The notes under the pieces were generated by a model that saw only the letters and a program-made list of their open reading frames with translations, was not told the origin of the DNA and did no database searches. Both the position numbers and the translations under genes were made by a program. From Pseudomonas phage HX1, in sequence record MW406976.1: 43,113 nucleotides of DNA. One strand, 5' to 3'. Below, piece after piece: positions 15,826 to 24,962 of the stretch (positions are counted from its first letter, which is position 1; each line of letters opens with the position of its first letter).

Positions 15826-16766
15826 TGCGCCTGCCATCGGAAGAGTTCCTGGCAGGACTATCCGCGCAGTTCGACCGCAGCATGGCAGGCGGGACGTTGG
15901 TGTGTGACGCCGACGGACCCGCCTACGTGGCTGCGGCCACTGCTAAGACCCTGGACACTGCACTCCGAAGATTCTGGAAGCTCATTTTGGAGCAGCAGTT
16001 CCTAGCGCACTGCACAGGGACACGGGTTCACCTCACGGCAGCAGGTGGGGCGAAGGCGTACCGCGACACGTATCCGACCATGAAACCGTACCAGGGCCAG
16101 CGCAAGGGCAAGGCAAAGCCCGCGCTGCTGGAGCCACTGCGGCGGGCCGTGGCGGACGTGCATGAGCGAGGAGGGGCGCCGGAGGGGATCGATGTCATCC
16201 TGCACACGTTCTTCGAGGCGGACGACGGCATGATGATGGACGCCTACGCCATGCAGGACAAGGCCATCATCCGGTCCGACGACAAAGACCTGCGGATGAC
16301 GATCTACCCGTATTGGGAGATCGATACGGCGTGTGTGAGCAGGATCGAAGGCGGCTTCGGCTACCTCAAGGAAGCGTACACGCCTTCCGGCCAGTTCAAG
16401 CTCAAGGGCCATGGACGGAAGTTCTTCTTGGCGCAGTGGCTCGGCGGCGACACCGCTGACAACATCCGAGGGATCGATCGATTCAACGGTAAGCTCTGCG
16501 GTATGAAGACGGCCTTCGACATCCTCCATCCGATCACGGATGAGGACGAGGCCATCGACATGATCCTGGAGGCGTACGCCAAGATCAAGCAAAACCCGCT
16601 GGCAGAGGCCGAGGTGCTGTGGATGCGCCGAACGCCTACCGACAACGCAGCGCAGTATCTGTTAAGCCGCGACCTTCGTCCGGCCTTCCGCCAGTGGATC
16701 ATCGAGCTGGACGCCTACCACGAGGCGCTGCTCCAGAAGCGGAGGGAGAGCGATTATGACGAGTGA
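15825..16766 (+). CDS. 5'-3' exonuclease (T7 gp6 / FEN family)
   Basis: Motifs FFEADDGMM and LGGDTADNIRGI; TAATG overlap. Confidence 0.85.
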   Translation: MRLPSEEFLAGLSAQFDRSMAGGTLVCDADGPAYVAAATAKTLDTALRRFWKLILEQQFLAHCTGTRVHLTAAGGAKAYRDTYPTMKPYQGQRKGKAKPALLEPLRRAVADVHERGGAPEGIDVILHTFFEADDGMMMDAYAMQDKAIIRSDDKDLRMTIYPYWEIDTACVSRIEGGFGYLKEAYTPSGQFKLKGHGRKFFLAQWLGGDTADNIRGIDRFNGKLCGMKTAFDILHPITDEDEAIDMILEAYAKIKQNPLAEAEVLWMRRTPTDNAAQYLLSRDLRPAFRQWIIELDAYHEALLQKRRESDYDE

Positions 16767-17196
16767 GCCGAAGGTCTACCAGATACCGCGCAGTCAACAG
16801 CGCACCTTCACCCTGAAGCTATGGGCCGAGCAGAACAAGCTGTGCCCGCTCTGCGGCAAGCCCATCGATATCAGCGTGAAGGGCGAAGCGGTGATGGACC
16901 ACGACCACGAAACGGGGCTGGTGCGGGGCGTCCTGCACCGGTCCTGTAACACCGCAGAAGGCAAGATAACGAATGCGGCAGGTTCCTGGGGATGCAAGTC
17001 GATGAAGTATTCCGACATCATCCCCTACCTTCGTGCCCTCCTGACGTATCTGGAGGGGCCGAAGCATCCGCTGATCTACCCCCTGCACAAGACCGACGAG
17101 GAGAAACACGAAGCGAAGCTGGCCAAGCGCCGGCAGGCAGCCGCCAAACGCAAGGCGGCGATGGCCGTCGCAAAGCACAACGCGAGGAACGTATGA
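16756..17196 (+). CDS. Endonuclease VII-type Holliday-junction resolvase (HNH-like)
   Basis: CPLCG...DHDHETG...HRSCN motif. Confidence 0.8.
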   Translation: MTSEPKVYQIPRSQQRTFTLKLWAEQNKLCPLCGKPIDISVKGEAVMDHDHETGLVRGVLHRSCNTAEGKITNAAGSWGCKSMKYSDIIPYLRALLTYLEGPKHPLIYPLHKTDEEKHEAKLAKRRQAAAKRKAAMAVAKHNARNV

Positions 17197-18239
17197 GCAA
17201 ACTCCGCAAGCAATTCACCAATGAGTACCTGCGAAACGTCTATGTCGAGCTGGGCCTCAAGAAGGGTGCCGAGCACCTGACCGAGCATTCGCGCTTCGGT
17301 GAGGTGAGCCGCCAGTGCTTCCGCAACTGGTGCATCAAGCTGGGCTTCCACGACAGCAGGACGCGCGGCATGTACGCCAAGAAGGGCGCGATGCACTGGC
17401 TGGGCCGCAAGGCTGCCGAGGTAGTGCGCAAGTTCCCTGGCGCCGTGGGCAACGTGGTAGGCCAGGGTCCGAAGGTGCTGAGCCTGGACATCGAGACCTC
17501 GCCTATCGAGGGCTGGGTCTGGTCGCTCTGGAAGCAGAACGTGGGCCTCAACCAGATCAAGCGGGACTGGACCATCCTGTCGTTCTGTGCGAAGTGGATG
17601 CACAGCGACGAGGTGATCTACATGGACTGCCAGGGTGATCCCTTGGACGACATGCACCTGCTGGTCGCGCTGCACAAGCTGTTGGACGAGGCCGACATCA
17701 TCATCGTCCAGAACGGCAAGCGCTTCGACGTGCCCAAGATCAACGCCCGGTTCTTCCTGAACAAGATGCCGCCGCCGCGACCGTTCAAGGTGATCGACAC
17801 CTTGATCATCGCCAAGCAGCAATTCGCGTTCACCAGCCGCAAGCTGGAGTACATGACCCACAAGGCATGCACCATCAAGAAGCGACTGCACGGCAAGTTC
17901 CCCGGATTCGACCTGTGGGCGGCCTGCCTCCAGGACAACCCGGAGGCGTGGGAAGAGATGCGCCTGTACAACATCGACGACGTACGGTCGATGGAAGAGC
18001 TGTACATCTTGATGCGACCGTGGTTCGTCGGCCATCCCAACGTGGCCGTGTACTTCAATGACGCCGAGCCGACCATCCGCTGTCCGAAGTGCGGCGACAC
18101 GGATGTCAAGCAAGAGGGCTGGGTGCATACGCAGACCGGCAAGTACGAGCACTATCACTGCGGCGGCTGTGGTGGCTGGAGCCGGGGGCGGTACACCCGC
18201 AACACCTCGGAACAGCGCAAAGCCCTGCTGAGCAACTAA
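17193..18239 (+). CDS. DnaQ-like DEDD 3'-5' DNA exonuclease with C-terminal zinc finger
   Basis: Exo I LSLDIETSP, Exo II QNGKRFDVP, Exo III YNIDDV; CPKCG...HCGGCGG. Confidence 0.8.
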   Translation: MSKLRKQFTNEYLRNVYVELGLKKGAEHLTEHSRFGEVSRQCFRNWCIKLGFHDSRTRGMYAKKGAMHWLGRKAAEVVRKFPGAVGNVVGQGPKVLSLDIETSPIEGWVWSLWKQNVGLNQIKRDWTILSFCAKWMHSDEVIYMDCQGDPLDDMHLLVALHKLLDEADIIIVQNGKRFDVPKINARFFLNKMPPPRPFKVIDTLIIAKQQFAFTSRKLEYMTHKACTIKKRLHGKFPGFDLWAACLQDNPEAWEEMRLYNIDDVRSMEELYILMRPWFVGHPNVAVYFNDAEPTIRCPKCGDTDVKQEGWVHTQTGKYEHYHCGGCGGWSRGRYTRNTSEQRKALLSN

Positions 18240-18248
18240 GGAGGTGGC

Positions 18249-18623
18249 ATGAGCCTAGCATTCCCGGACTCTTACGAGTCGACGATCCCGACTGAACCGT
18301 ACCGCAAAGGTGCGAGTCTGGAAGAACGTAAGGTCGGCAAACTTCCCATGCACCTGGTAGTCGAGGGGTTCCCGCTGCTGAAGCGGGAGCTTGCTCGCAT
18401 GATGCAATGGGCTGCCGAGGTCAAGGGGTATCTGCCGCACGACTGGAAGAAGATGACGGTGGGCGAGTTCAAGTCCGCCCAACACCGGCACGAGTCCAAG
18501 CGGCTGATCGACGGACCGCTGGATGACGAGTCCAACCTGATGCACCTGGTGCATGAGGCATTCAACGCAATGGCCGCCGCCGAGCGTGCCCTGATGGATC
18601 GGGAGAAAGGCAATGACCGCTAA
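18249..18623 (+). CDS. Hypothetical protein, 124 aa
   Basis: Strong RBS TAAGGAGGTG; codon bias. Confidence 0.65.
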   Translation: MSLAFPDSYESTIPTEPYRKGASLEERKVGKLPMHLVVEGFPLLKRELARMMQWAAEVKGYLPHDWKKMTVGEFKSAQHRHESKRLIDGPLDDESNLMHLVHEAFNAMAAAERALMDREKGNDR

Positions 18624-18777
18624 GAGTGAACTGCGCTGGTACAGGGCCGAGGTCCTGGGCCTAGGACGGGACGTGGAGTGGCGCGAGTACCGAGCCGCTA
18701 CCCTGGAGCAAGCGGCCACCCTGGCCGAGGAAGAGTTCGGTGCTGAGAACATCGGACGCGTGATCGAGAAACGATAG
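18613..18777 (+). CDS. Small hypothetical protein, 54 aa; below track cutoff
   Basis: GGGAGAAAGG RBS; high GC3; fills the gap before the RNAP gene. Confidence 0.5.
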   Translation: MTAKSELRWYRAEVLGLGRDVEWREYRAATLEQAATLAEEEFGAENIGRVIEKR

Positions 18778-18785
18778 GAGACGGA

Positions 18786-21233
18786 ATGGACCTGATACAG
18801 CAGCAGATCGCCCACGAAGAGGCCCTGGTCGGGGCGGCGCAGAACGACGCCCGCATTGCCTTGGAAAAGGCGATTGCCCAAGGGTCCATCGACCGCATCC
18901 CGAGGGCGCGCATCATGTTGATGCGCATGCTCCCCATCGTGACCGAAGCGATCTTCGCGCACCAGGAAGCGAAGGCGGCGGGGCCGGCAGCAAAGCTGCG
19001 GCACCTGCTGCGGATCATCGACGCCCAGGACCTCGCGGTCATGGCACTGCGGGCCGGGCTGTCGATGCTCATCAACTACCCAACGATCACCGCGACGAAG
19101 TATTACACCCACATGGGTAAGATGCTCTGTCGAGAGATCGAAGTGCGGTTGGCCTTCAAGGTCAACCAACCCTATTACGACCGGACGCTGGACTACCTCA
19201 AGACCAGCAGGACTCGCAGCGTCCGGCACATCCAGAAGACGATGGACGCTCTTCTGGACGCGGTACTGCCGGAAGAGGCACGTATCGACCTGCCGGATGG
19301 CGACTACCTGCGCCTCGGCAAGTTCATTGGTGATCCGCTGATACAGTGCGGCCTGTTCGAGCCGAACCGCTTCACAGGTCGGGGCGGTACGAGCGTCCAC
19401 CTGGAGCCGTCGCCGGAAGCCAAGGAGTTCCTGCAAGACCCTTCGGCGGCGATGACCTGGGGAGGCCCAGGCCGTAGCGTGATGCTGGCACCGCCGCGAC
19501 CATGGAACGACTGGTGTGATGGCGGTTACTACAGCGCTAAGGCGCAGAAGCACCATGTGCTAGTGCGCCGTACCAAGCACCAGACCAAGCGGGCGCGCCA
19601 GATGCAGCTACGCCACCTGGGCCGGGACAAGATGCCCAGGGTGTATGAGGCGGTCAACGCGCTGCAATCAGTGGCCTACGAGATCAACCGCGACGTGTAC
19701 GAGATCATCGAGCGCGTCTTCACCTCCGGCGGCGGCGTGCTGGGTATCCCCCAGCGCACCTACCCGGACAAACCTGAGTTCCCGCTCGGCGACGAGTGGG
19801 CCAAGGAGAACGCCAGTGAACAAGAGCTGGAAGCCTTCAACCGCTGGAAGCGATCCGTCCACCGATGGTACACCGGCGAGCGGGAGCATACCGCCAAGCT
19901 TCGCGAGTTTGCTGCACTCTACCGAGTTGTTCGAGAGCATCATGGCAAGGCAGTGTACTTCCCGATGCACGTTGACTCCCGTGGCCGCATGTACTATTGG
20001 GGCACACCGAATCCCCAGGGGTCCGACATCGCCAAGGCGTGTCTACGATTCCACGAAAAGCGTGCCCTCGGTAAGCGCGGCCTGTACTGGCTCAAGGTCC
20101 ACGTCGCCAACTCCCTCGGATGTGACAAGGTGTACTTCGACGACCGGGCAGCCTGGGTCGATGAGCGATGGGACGACTTCCAGCGAGCACTCGACGAAGG
20201 TCCGGAGAACTATCCGAGTCTCTTCCCGGAAGACGAGTCGCCCCTGTGCGCCATCGCAGGTCTGCTGGAGCTGCGGGCGGCCTACGCATCAGGCCAGCCG
20301 GAGGCTTACCGAAGTGGGTTCATCGTCCACATGGATGCAACCTGCTCCGGCCTCCAGCACTACTCAGCCATTCTCCGAGACGAGATCGGCGGAGCCTACG
20401 TCAACCTGCTGCCACCTGGACTTGCCAAAGCTGACATCTACTCCCGAGTTCTCGGTCTCGTTGCAGAGTCTCTGGCACGAGACAGAGAAAGTGCTGAAGG
20501 CGAGGCTCGGGGCTACGCTGTATTGTGGGATAAGGCTGGTCTATCCCGAAGCCTGACGAAGAAGCCCTGCATGACGCTGGTATACGGCACCACGTTCAAG
20601 GGCGTGGTAGACCACTGCCTGGACTACCTGGACGAGTCCGGCCTGGAGATTCCCGAGGGTATCCCGTCATACCGCCTGGGAAGCTACATGGCAACGCTCA
20701 TACTGGACGCAATTCGCGAGACAGTACCATCGGCAGTCTTCGCCATGGAATGGCTCCAGCGGCTCGCTAAGGCCCTTCCTGACGCATCCAAGGATTTGCA
20801 CTGGATCACGCCACTCGGCATGCAGGTGTTCCAGTCGTACCCGAAGACCGAGGAGGTGCGGGTGAGGCTGCGGGCCGAGGCTGTCGAGTACGTCACCCTG
20901 TACGAGGCCAAGGACGAGCTGGACCCGGTACGCAACGCCAACGGCATCGCTCCGAACTTCGTCCACGGGCTGGACAGCAGCCACCTGGGCCTGACGGCCC
21001 TGGCCTGTGCGGCAGAGGGTATCCCGATCCAGGCCATCCACGACAGCATGGGCACCTATGCGGCGGACGTGGATCGGATGCACGTCCACATCAGGGAGCA
21101 GTTCATCGCCATGTACAGCGGCCCCTGTGTGCTCGTAGAACTGGCAAAACAGCTCGGGATAGAGGCTACCCCGCCCCGGAGAGGATCGTTGAATCTGGAG
21201 GCTGTACGGGACTCCTGGGCGTTCTTCTGCTGA
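18786..21233 (+). CDS. T7-like single-subunit DNA-dependent RNA polymerase, 815 aa
   Basis: Size and position; AGGAGA RBS; located at the end of the replication module as in phiKMV-like phages. Confidence 0.9.
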   Translation: MDLIQQQIAHEEALVGAAQNDARIALEKAIAQGSIDRIPRARIMLMRMLPIVTEAIFAHQEAKAAGPAAKLRHLLRIIDAQDLAVMALRAGLSMLINYPTITATKYYTHMGKMLCREIEVRLAFKVNQPYYDRTLDYLKTSRTRSVRHIQKTMDALLDAVLPEEARIDLPDGDYLRLGKFIGDPLIQCGLFEPNRFTGRGGTSVHLEPSPEAKEFLQDPSAAMTWGGPGRSVMLAPPRPWNDWCDGGYYSAKAQKHHVLVRRTKHQTKRARQMQLRHLGRDKMPRVYEAVNALQSVAYEINRDVYEIIERVFTSGGGVLGIPQRTYPDKPEFPLGDEWAKENASEQELEAFNRWKRSVHRWYTGEREHTAKLREFAALYRVVREHHGKAVYFPMHVDSRGRMYYWGTPNPQGSDIAKACLRFHEKRALGKRGLYWLKVHVANSLGCDKVYFDDRAAWVDERWDDFQRALDEGPENYPSLFPEDESPLCAIAGLLELRAAYASGQPEAYRSGFIVHMDATCSGLQHYSAILRDEIGGAYVNLLPPGLAKADIYSRVLGLVAESLARDRESAEGEARGYAVLWDKAGLSRSLTKKPCMTLVYGTTFKGVVDHCLDYLDESGLEIPEGIPSYRLGSYMATLILDAIRETVPSAVFAMEWLQRLAKALPDASKDLHWITPLGMQVFQSYPKTEEVRVRLRAEAVEYVTLYEAKDELDPVRNANGIAPNFVHGLDSSHLGLTALACAAEGIPIQAIHDSMGTYAADVDRMHVHIREQFIAMYSGPCVLVELAKQLGIEATPPRRGSLNLEAVRDSWAFFC

Positions 21234-21238
21234 GGGGA

Positions 21239-21262
21239 TTATGTCACCCACATAGGAGCAAG
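21239..21262 (+). promoter_or_regulatory. Phage-promoter-like motif TTATGTCACCCACATAGGAGCA
   Basis: One of four copies of TTATGTCAC-M-Y-ACA-NN-GGA; resembles the -17 to +6 region of T7-family promoters; 6 bp after the RNAP stop. Confidence 0.5.
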
Positions 21263-21282
21263 TGCATCCGTCCAAGGCCCTC

Positions 21283-21426
21283 GTAGAGGGGAGCAGGAAG
21301 AGAGAGAGAGAGAGGTCAGGGAAGACCAGAGGGTAGAAGAAGAGTAGAGGTAGAGTAGAAGATGAGACTAGATGACTACGAAGGATTCTAGATAGAATAG
21401 ACTAACCAGCATAGGAGATATGATAG
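21283..21426 (+). repeat. Purine-rich (AG) low-GC segment, including a (GA)8 tract at about 21299-21315, lying between two promoter-like motifs
   Basis: Almost no C or T on the + strand over ~140 bp; GC well below the genome average. Confidence 0.6.
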
Positions 21427-21678
21427 ATGGCTACTATGAAGACCCACCGACCTACGGTTATGTCACCCACAGTGGAAGGATCGAGAACAGGCAAGGGTAC
21501 GGCCCGTCCTGTCACGTTCACCTCTCAGCAGATCGAGTGGTTAGAGCAGACCTTCCCCGAACATCAGATCGGTCCTGGAACCACGATGGAAGACATCCAG
21601 TTCCAGGCCGGTAGGCGAGACGTGGTGCGAGCAGTACGCCTGCGCCGACGCGATGCCATCGCAGTGGAGTTGAAGTGA
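21427..21678 (+). CDS. Small protein, 83 aa, with RHH-like segment (RPVTFTSQQIEWLEQ); translationally coupled to the downstream GNAT
   Basis: AGGAG 9 nt upstream; GTGATG overlap with the next gene. Confidence 0.55.
   Translation: MATMKTHRPTVMSPTVEGSRTGKGTARPVTFTSQQIEWLEQTFPEHQIGPGTTMEDIQFQAGRRDVVRAVRLRRRDAIAVELK
21458..21481 (+). promoter_or_regulatory. Phage-promoter-like motif TTATGTCACCCACAGTGGAAGG (second tandem copy)
   Basis: First 14 nt identical to the copy at 21239; 21 of 24 identical to the copy at 35735. Confidence 0.5.
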
Positions 21679-22151
21679 TGAACAAGTCCATCTGGCGAGT
21701 CCACGCAAAGGCCGGCACTCCCTCGGAACTCCAGGGGCTGTGCTGGCTGGCAATACAGGAGTTGGAAGAATTCACCCTCTTCCGCTCGAAAGACGACGCC
21801 CTGAATGCGATGCTGGACAGTATCGAGGGCAACGATCGAACCGAGCTGTTGGTATTCCGCGATGGCCAGTTGGCCGGCGGTGCCTGCATTGTGTTCGAGG
21901 ACGATCCCCACGTCGGCCCGTGCGTCACAGCACAGTGGCAGTACGTCCTACCGCGCTACCGCAATACAGGCGTGGTCCGGGAGTTCATCCGCGAACTCCA
22001 CCGTCAGGCCGGCTGGGGTCAAATCCCCCTCGTGTGCTGGAGCCATCGTGAAAGCGATAGCCGGTACACGATCCACTACCGGAGAGCCAAGCCTTATGGG
22101 CAAGAAAGTAAAGAAGGTGCTGGGCAAGACCATCATCGGCAAACTCGCTGA
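21678..22151 (+). CDS. GNAT-family N-acetyltransferase, 157 aa
   Basis: Motif A VLPRYRNTGVVREFI; the 3' end overlaps the next gene out of frame. Confidence 0.65.
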   Translation: MNKSIWRVHAKAGTPSELQGLCWLAIQELEEFTLFRSKDDALNAMLDSIEGNDRTELLVFRDGQLAGGACIVFEDDPHVGPCVTAQWQYVLPRYRNTGVVREFIRELHRQAGWGQIPLVCWSHRESDSRYTIHYRRAKPYGQESKEGAGQDHHRQTR

Positions 22152-22392
22152 TGGCCTGCTGGGCACCGACCTGAGCGGCGCACAATCCGATGCCCGCAAG
22201 ATGGAAGAGCAGAACCGCCTAATGCAACAGCAGGCGGACCAGCTCGCACGAAACCAGCAGGTTGACCTCACCGCCGAGAACGTGGCGCAGGTTGACCTAG
22301 GAGCGATGGCCGATGCCACTGGCACCGGCACGCGACGGCGCCGGAATCAGGCGGGCACAGGCGTATCGCAAACCCTCGGTATCAACTACTGA
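22096..22392 (+). CDS. Hypothetical protein, 98 aa, possibly a virion component
   Basis: Internal ATG of track ORF 21805..22392; GGAGAG RBS; high GC3 only from 22096 onward. Confidence 0.6.
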   Translation: MGKKVKKVLGKTIIGKLADGLLGTDLSGAQSDARKMEEQNRLMQQQADQLARNQQVDLTAENVAQVDLGAMADATGTGTRRRRNQAGTGVSQTLGINY

Positions 22393-22403
22393 CGAGGTAC
22401 GCC

Positions 22404-23936
22404 ATGAAAACCACCGCAGCTATGCTGTGGGAGAAACTTCGGGATGGGAGCGTGGAGAGTCGAGCCATCGAGTTCGCCAAGACCACGCTGCCATACCTGA
22501 TGGTCGATCCCATGTCCGGCAGCCGAGGAGTCGTAGAGCATGACTTCCAGTCCGCCGGTGCCCTCCTGGTGAACAACCTCGCCGCCAAGCTGGCGAGATC
22601 GCTGTTCCCCACGGGGATTCCGTTCTTCCGATCCGAACTCACTGATGCGATCCGCCGCGAGGCCGACAGCCGGGACACAGACATTACCGAAGTGACCGCT
22701 GCCTTGGCTCGGGTGGATCGCAAAGCAACACAGCGCCTGTTCCAGAACGCCTCCCTGGCGGTCCTGACGCAGGTGATCAAGCTACTGATCGTGACTGGCA
22801 ATGCTCTGCTGTACCGAGACAGCGCCGCTGCTACGGTGGTTGCATGGTCGCTCCGCTCTTACGCGGTGCGCCGAGATGCGACTGGCCGGTGGATGGATAT
22901 CGTCCTAAAGCAGCGCTACAAGTCCAAGGACCTGGACGAAGAGTACAAGCAGGACCTGATGCGTGCAGGCCGCAACCTGTCCGGTTCGGGCAGCGTGGAC
23001 TTGTACACCCACGTACAGCGTAAGAAGGGCACGGCGATGGAATACGCCGAGCTGTACCACGAGATCGACGGCGTGCGTGTGGGCAAGGAGGGCCGCTGGC
23101 CTATCCACCTGTGCCCGTACATCGTGCCGACCTGGAACCTCGCCCCTGGCGAGCACTACGGTCGAGGCCACGTCGAGGACTACATCGGCGACTTCGCCAA
23201 GCTGTCCCTGCTGAGTGAGAAACTCGGCCTGTACGAGCTGGAGTCGCTGGAGGTCCTGAACCTCGTGGACGAGGCCAAGGGTGCGGTAGTTGATGACTAC
23301 CAAGACGCCGAGATGGGCGATTACGTGCCAGGTGGTGCGGAAGCCGTCCGTGCGTACGAGCGTGGCGACTACAACAAGATGGCTGCTATCCAGCAGAGCT
23401 TGCAAGCCGTAGTCGTTCGCTTGAACCAGGCGTTCATGTATGGTGCCAACCAGCGCGACGCCGAGCGCGTCACTGCCGAGGAAGTACGCATCACTGCGGA
23501 AGAGGCAGAGAACACACTGGGCGGTACTTACTCGCTCCTGGCCGAGAACCTTCAGTCGCCCCTGGCCTACGTCTGCCTCTCCGAGGTGGATGATGCGCTA
23601 CTCCAAGGCTTGATCACCAAGCAGCACAAACCGGCTATCGAGACGGGCCTCCCGGCCCTGTCCCGCTCCGCCGCTGTGCAGAGCATGCTCAACGCTTCCC
23701 AGGTCATCGCTGGCCTGGCCCCGATTGCTCAGCTCGATCCCCGCATCTCGCTACCGAAGATGATGGACACGATTTGGGCAGCCTTCAGCGTAGACACGTC
23801 GCAGTTCTACAAGAGCGCCGACGAGCTACAGGCCGAGGCAGAGCAGCAGCGTCAGCAGGCCGCGCAGGCCCAGGCCGCGCAAGAGACCTTGCTGGAAGGC
23901 GCTTCCGACATGACCAACGCACTCGCAGGAGTCTGA
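22404..23936 (+). CDS. Portal (head-tail connector) protein, 510 aa
   Basis: Size and position at the start of the structural module. Confidence 0.8.
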   Translation: MKTTAAMLWEKLRDGSVESRAIEFAKTTLPYLMVDPMSGSRGVVEHDFQSAGALLVNNLAAKLARSLFPTGIPFFRSELTDAIRREADSRDTDITEVTAALARVDRKATQRLFQNASLAVLTQVIKLLIVTGNALLYRDSAAATVVAWSLRSYAVRRDATGRWMDIVLKQRYKSKDLDEEYKQDLMRAGRNLSGSGSVDLYTHVQRKKGTAMEYAELYHEIDGVRVGKEGRWPIHLCPYIVPTWNLAPGEHYGRGHVEDYIGDFAKLSLLSEKLGLYELESLEVLNLVDEAKGAVVDDYQDAEMGDYVPGGAEAVRAYERGDYNKMAAIQQSLQAVVVRLNQAFMYGANQRDAERVTAEEVRITAEEAENTLGGTYSLLAENLQSPLAYVCLSEVDDALLQGLITKQHKPAIETGLPALSRSAAVQSMLNASQVIAGLAPIAQLDPRISLPKMMDTIWAAFSVDTSQFYKSADELQAEAEQQRQQAAQAQAAQETLLEGASDMTNALAGV

Positions 23937-23939
23937 TAG

Positions 23940-24908
23940 ATGTCCCAACCGAACGAACAGCAACTGCCGCCGGGCCTCGCTAACCTGGTTGCCAACGTAC
24001 CGCCCGCCGCCGCGCCGACACCGAGTCATGTGCAGGTGATGCCGAACCCGGTGATCCAGCCGCAGGCTCCGGTCCAGCCCGGCCAGGTAGGTGCGCCGCA
24101 GCAACTGGCCATCCCGACCCAGCAGCCGCAACCCGTTCCGACCAGCGCCATGACGCCGCACTACCAGCCGGTAGCGGCACCTGCCGTGGGTCAACCCGTT
24201 GTTCCGCAAGCACCCGCCCAGCCGGCCCCGGTAGCTCCGCCGGCTGCGGGTGCAGTTCTTCCCGAGAACCTGGAAGTCCCGCCGCCGCCGGCCTTCACTC
24301 CCAACGGGGAGATCGTGGGCACCTTGGCAGGGAACCTCGAAGGCGACCCGCAGTTGGCGCCCTCCATCAGCTATCTGGAGGCGTTCTCTGACAAACTGGA
24401 TACCGTCCGAGCCTTCGGCAAGGCCGCCGAGAACCGCGATCCTCGGTTCATCGACGAGCACTATCTGAAGGAAGTTCTCGGCCCGGCCCAGGCGCAGCAC
24501 GTCATCAACGTGGCCAAGGGCGTCCTGACCTATGTTGATGCGCAGACCAAGGCCGTCCTGAGCCAGACCTATGCCGCCGTCGGCGGTGAGGCCATCCTGA
24601 AGCAGGCTGCCGGCGTCTTCAACCAACACGCTGACCCGGCCACCAAGGCCGCCATCGGTCGGCTGATGGACTCGGGCGATGCCCAGGCCATGCAGTACGC
24701 AGCGAAGCAAATTGTGGCCTTCGCACAAGGCTCGGGTGCCGTGGTACAGGCTACCGGCCAACCCCTGGGTGCTGCGGCACCTGCACTGGCAGCTCTGAGC
24801 GCTGAGCAGTACCGCTTGGAAGTATCTAAGCTGCCGCTGAACGCATCCGAAGCCGAGATGGCTGCGCTGCGCGAGCGTCGTAAGGCAGGCATGGCGCAGG
24901 GTATCTAA
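23940..24908 (+). CDS. Scaffolding protein, 322 aa, Pro/Ala/Gln-rich N-terminus
   Basis: Lies between portal and capsid genes; AGGAG RBS. Confidence 0.75.
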   Translation: MSQPNEQQLPPGLANLVANVPPAAAPTPSHVQVMPNPVIQPQAPVQPGQVGAPQQLAIPTQQPQPVPTSAMTPHYQPVAAPAVGQPVVPQAPAQPAPVAPPAAGAVLPENLEVPPPPAFTPNGEIVGTLAGNLEGDPQLAPSISYLEAFSDKLDTVRAFGKAAENRDPRFIDEHYLKEVLGPAQAQHVINVAKGVLTYVDAQTKAVLSQTYAAVGGEAILKQAAGVFNQHADPATKAAIGRLMDSGDAQAMQYAAKQIVAFAQGSGAVVQATGQPLGAAAPALAALSAEQYRLEVSKLPLNASEAEMAALRERRKAGMAQGI

Positions 24909-24927
24909 CGACCCTGCCCTACTCCGG
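24909..24927 (+). other. phiKMV-type nick consensus CGACcctgcCCTACTCCGG, start of the capsid-gene leader
   Basis: Exact consensus; downstream GCCTTAAACCCACATCC...GAGAGAGAGA...ATG parallels 14722-14775. Confidence 0.7.
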
Positions 24928-24962
24928 CCTTAAACCCACATCCAAAAGAGAGAGAGAATCGC

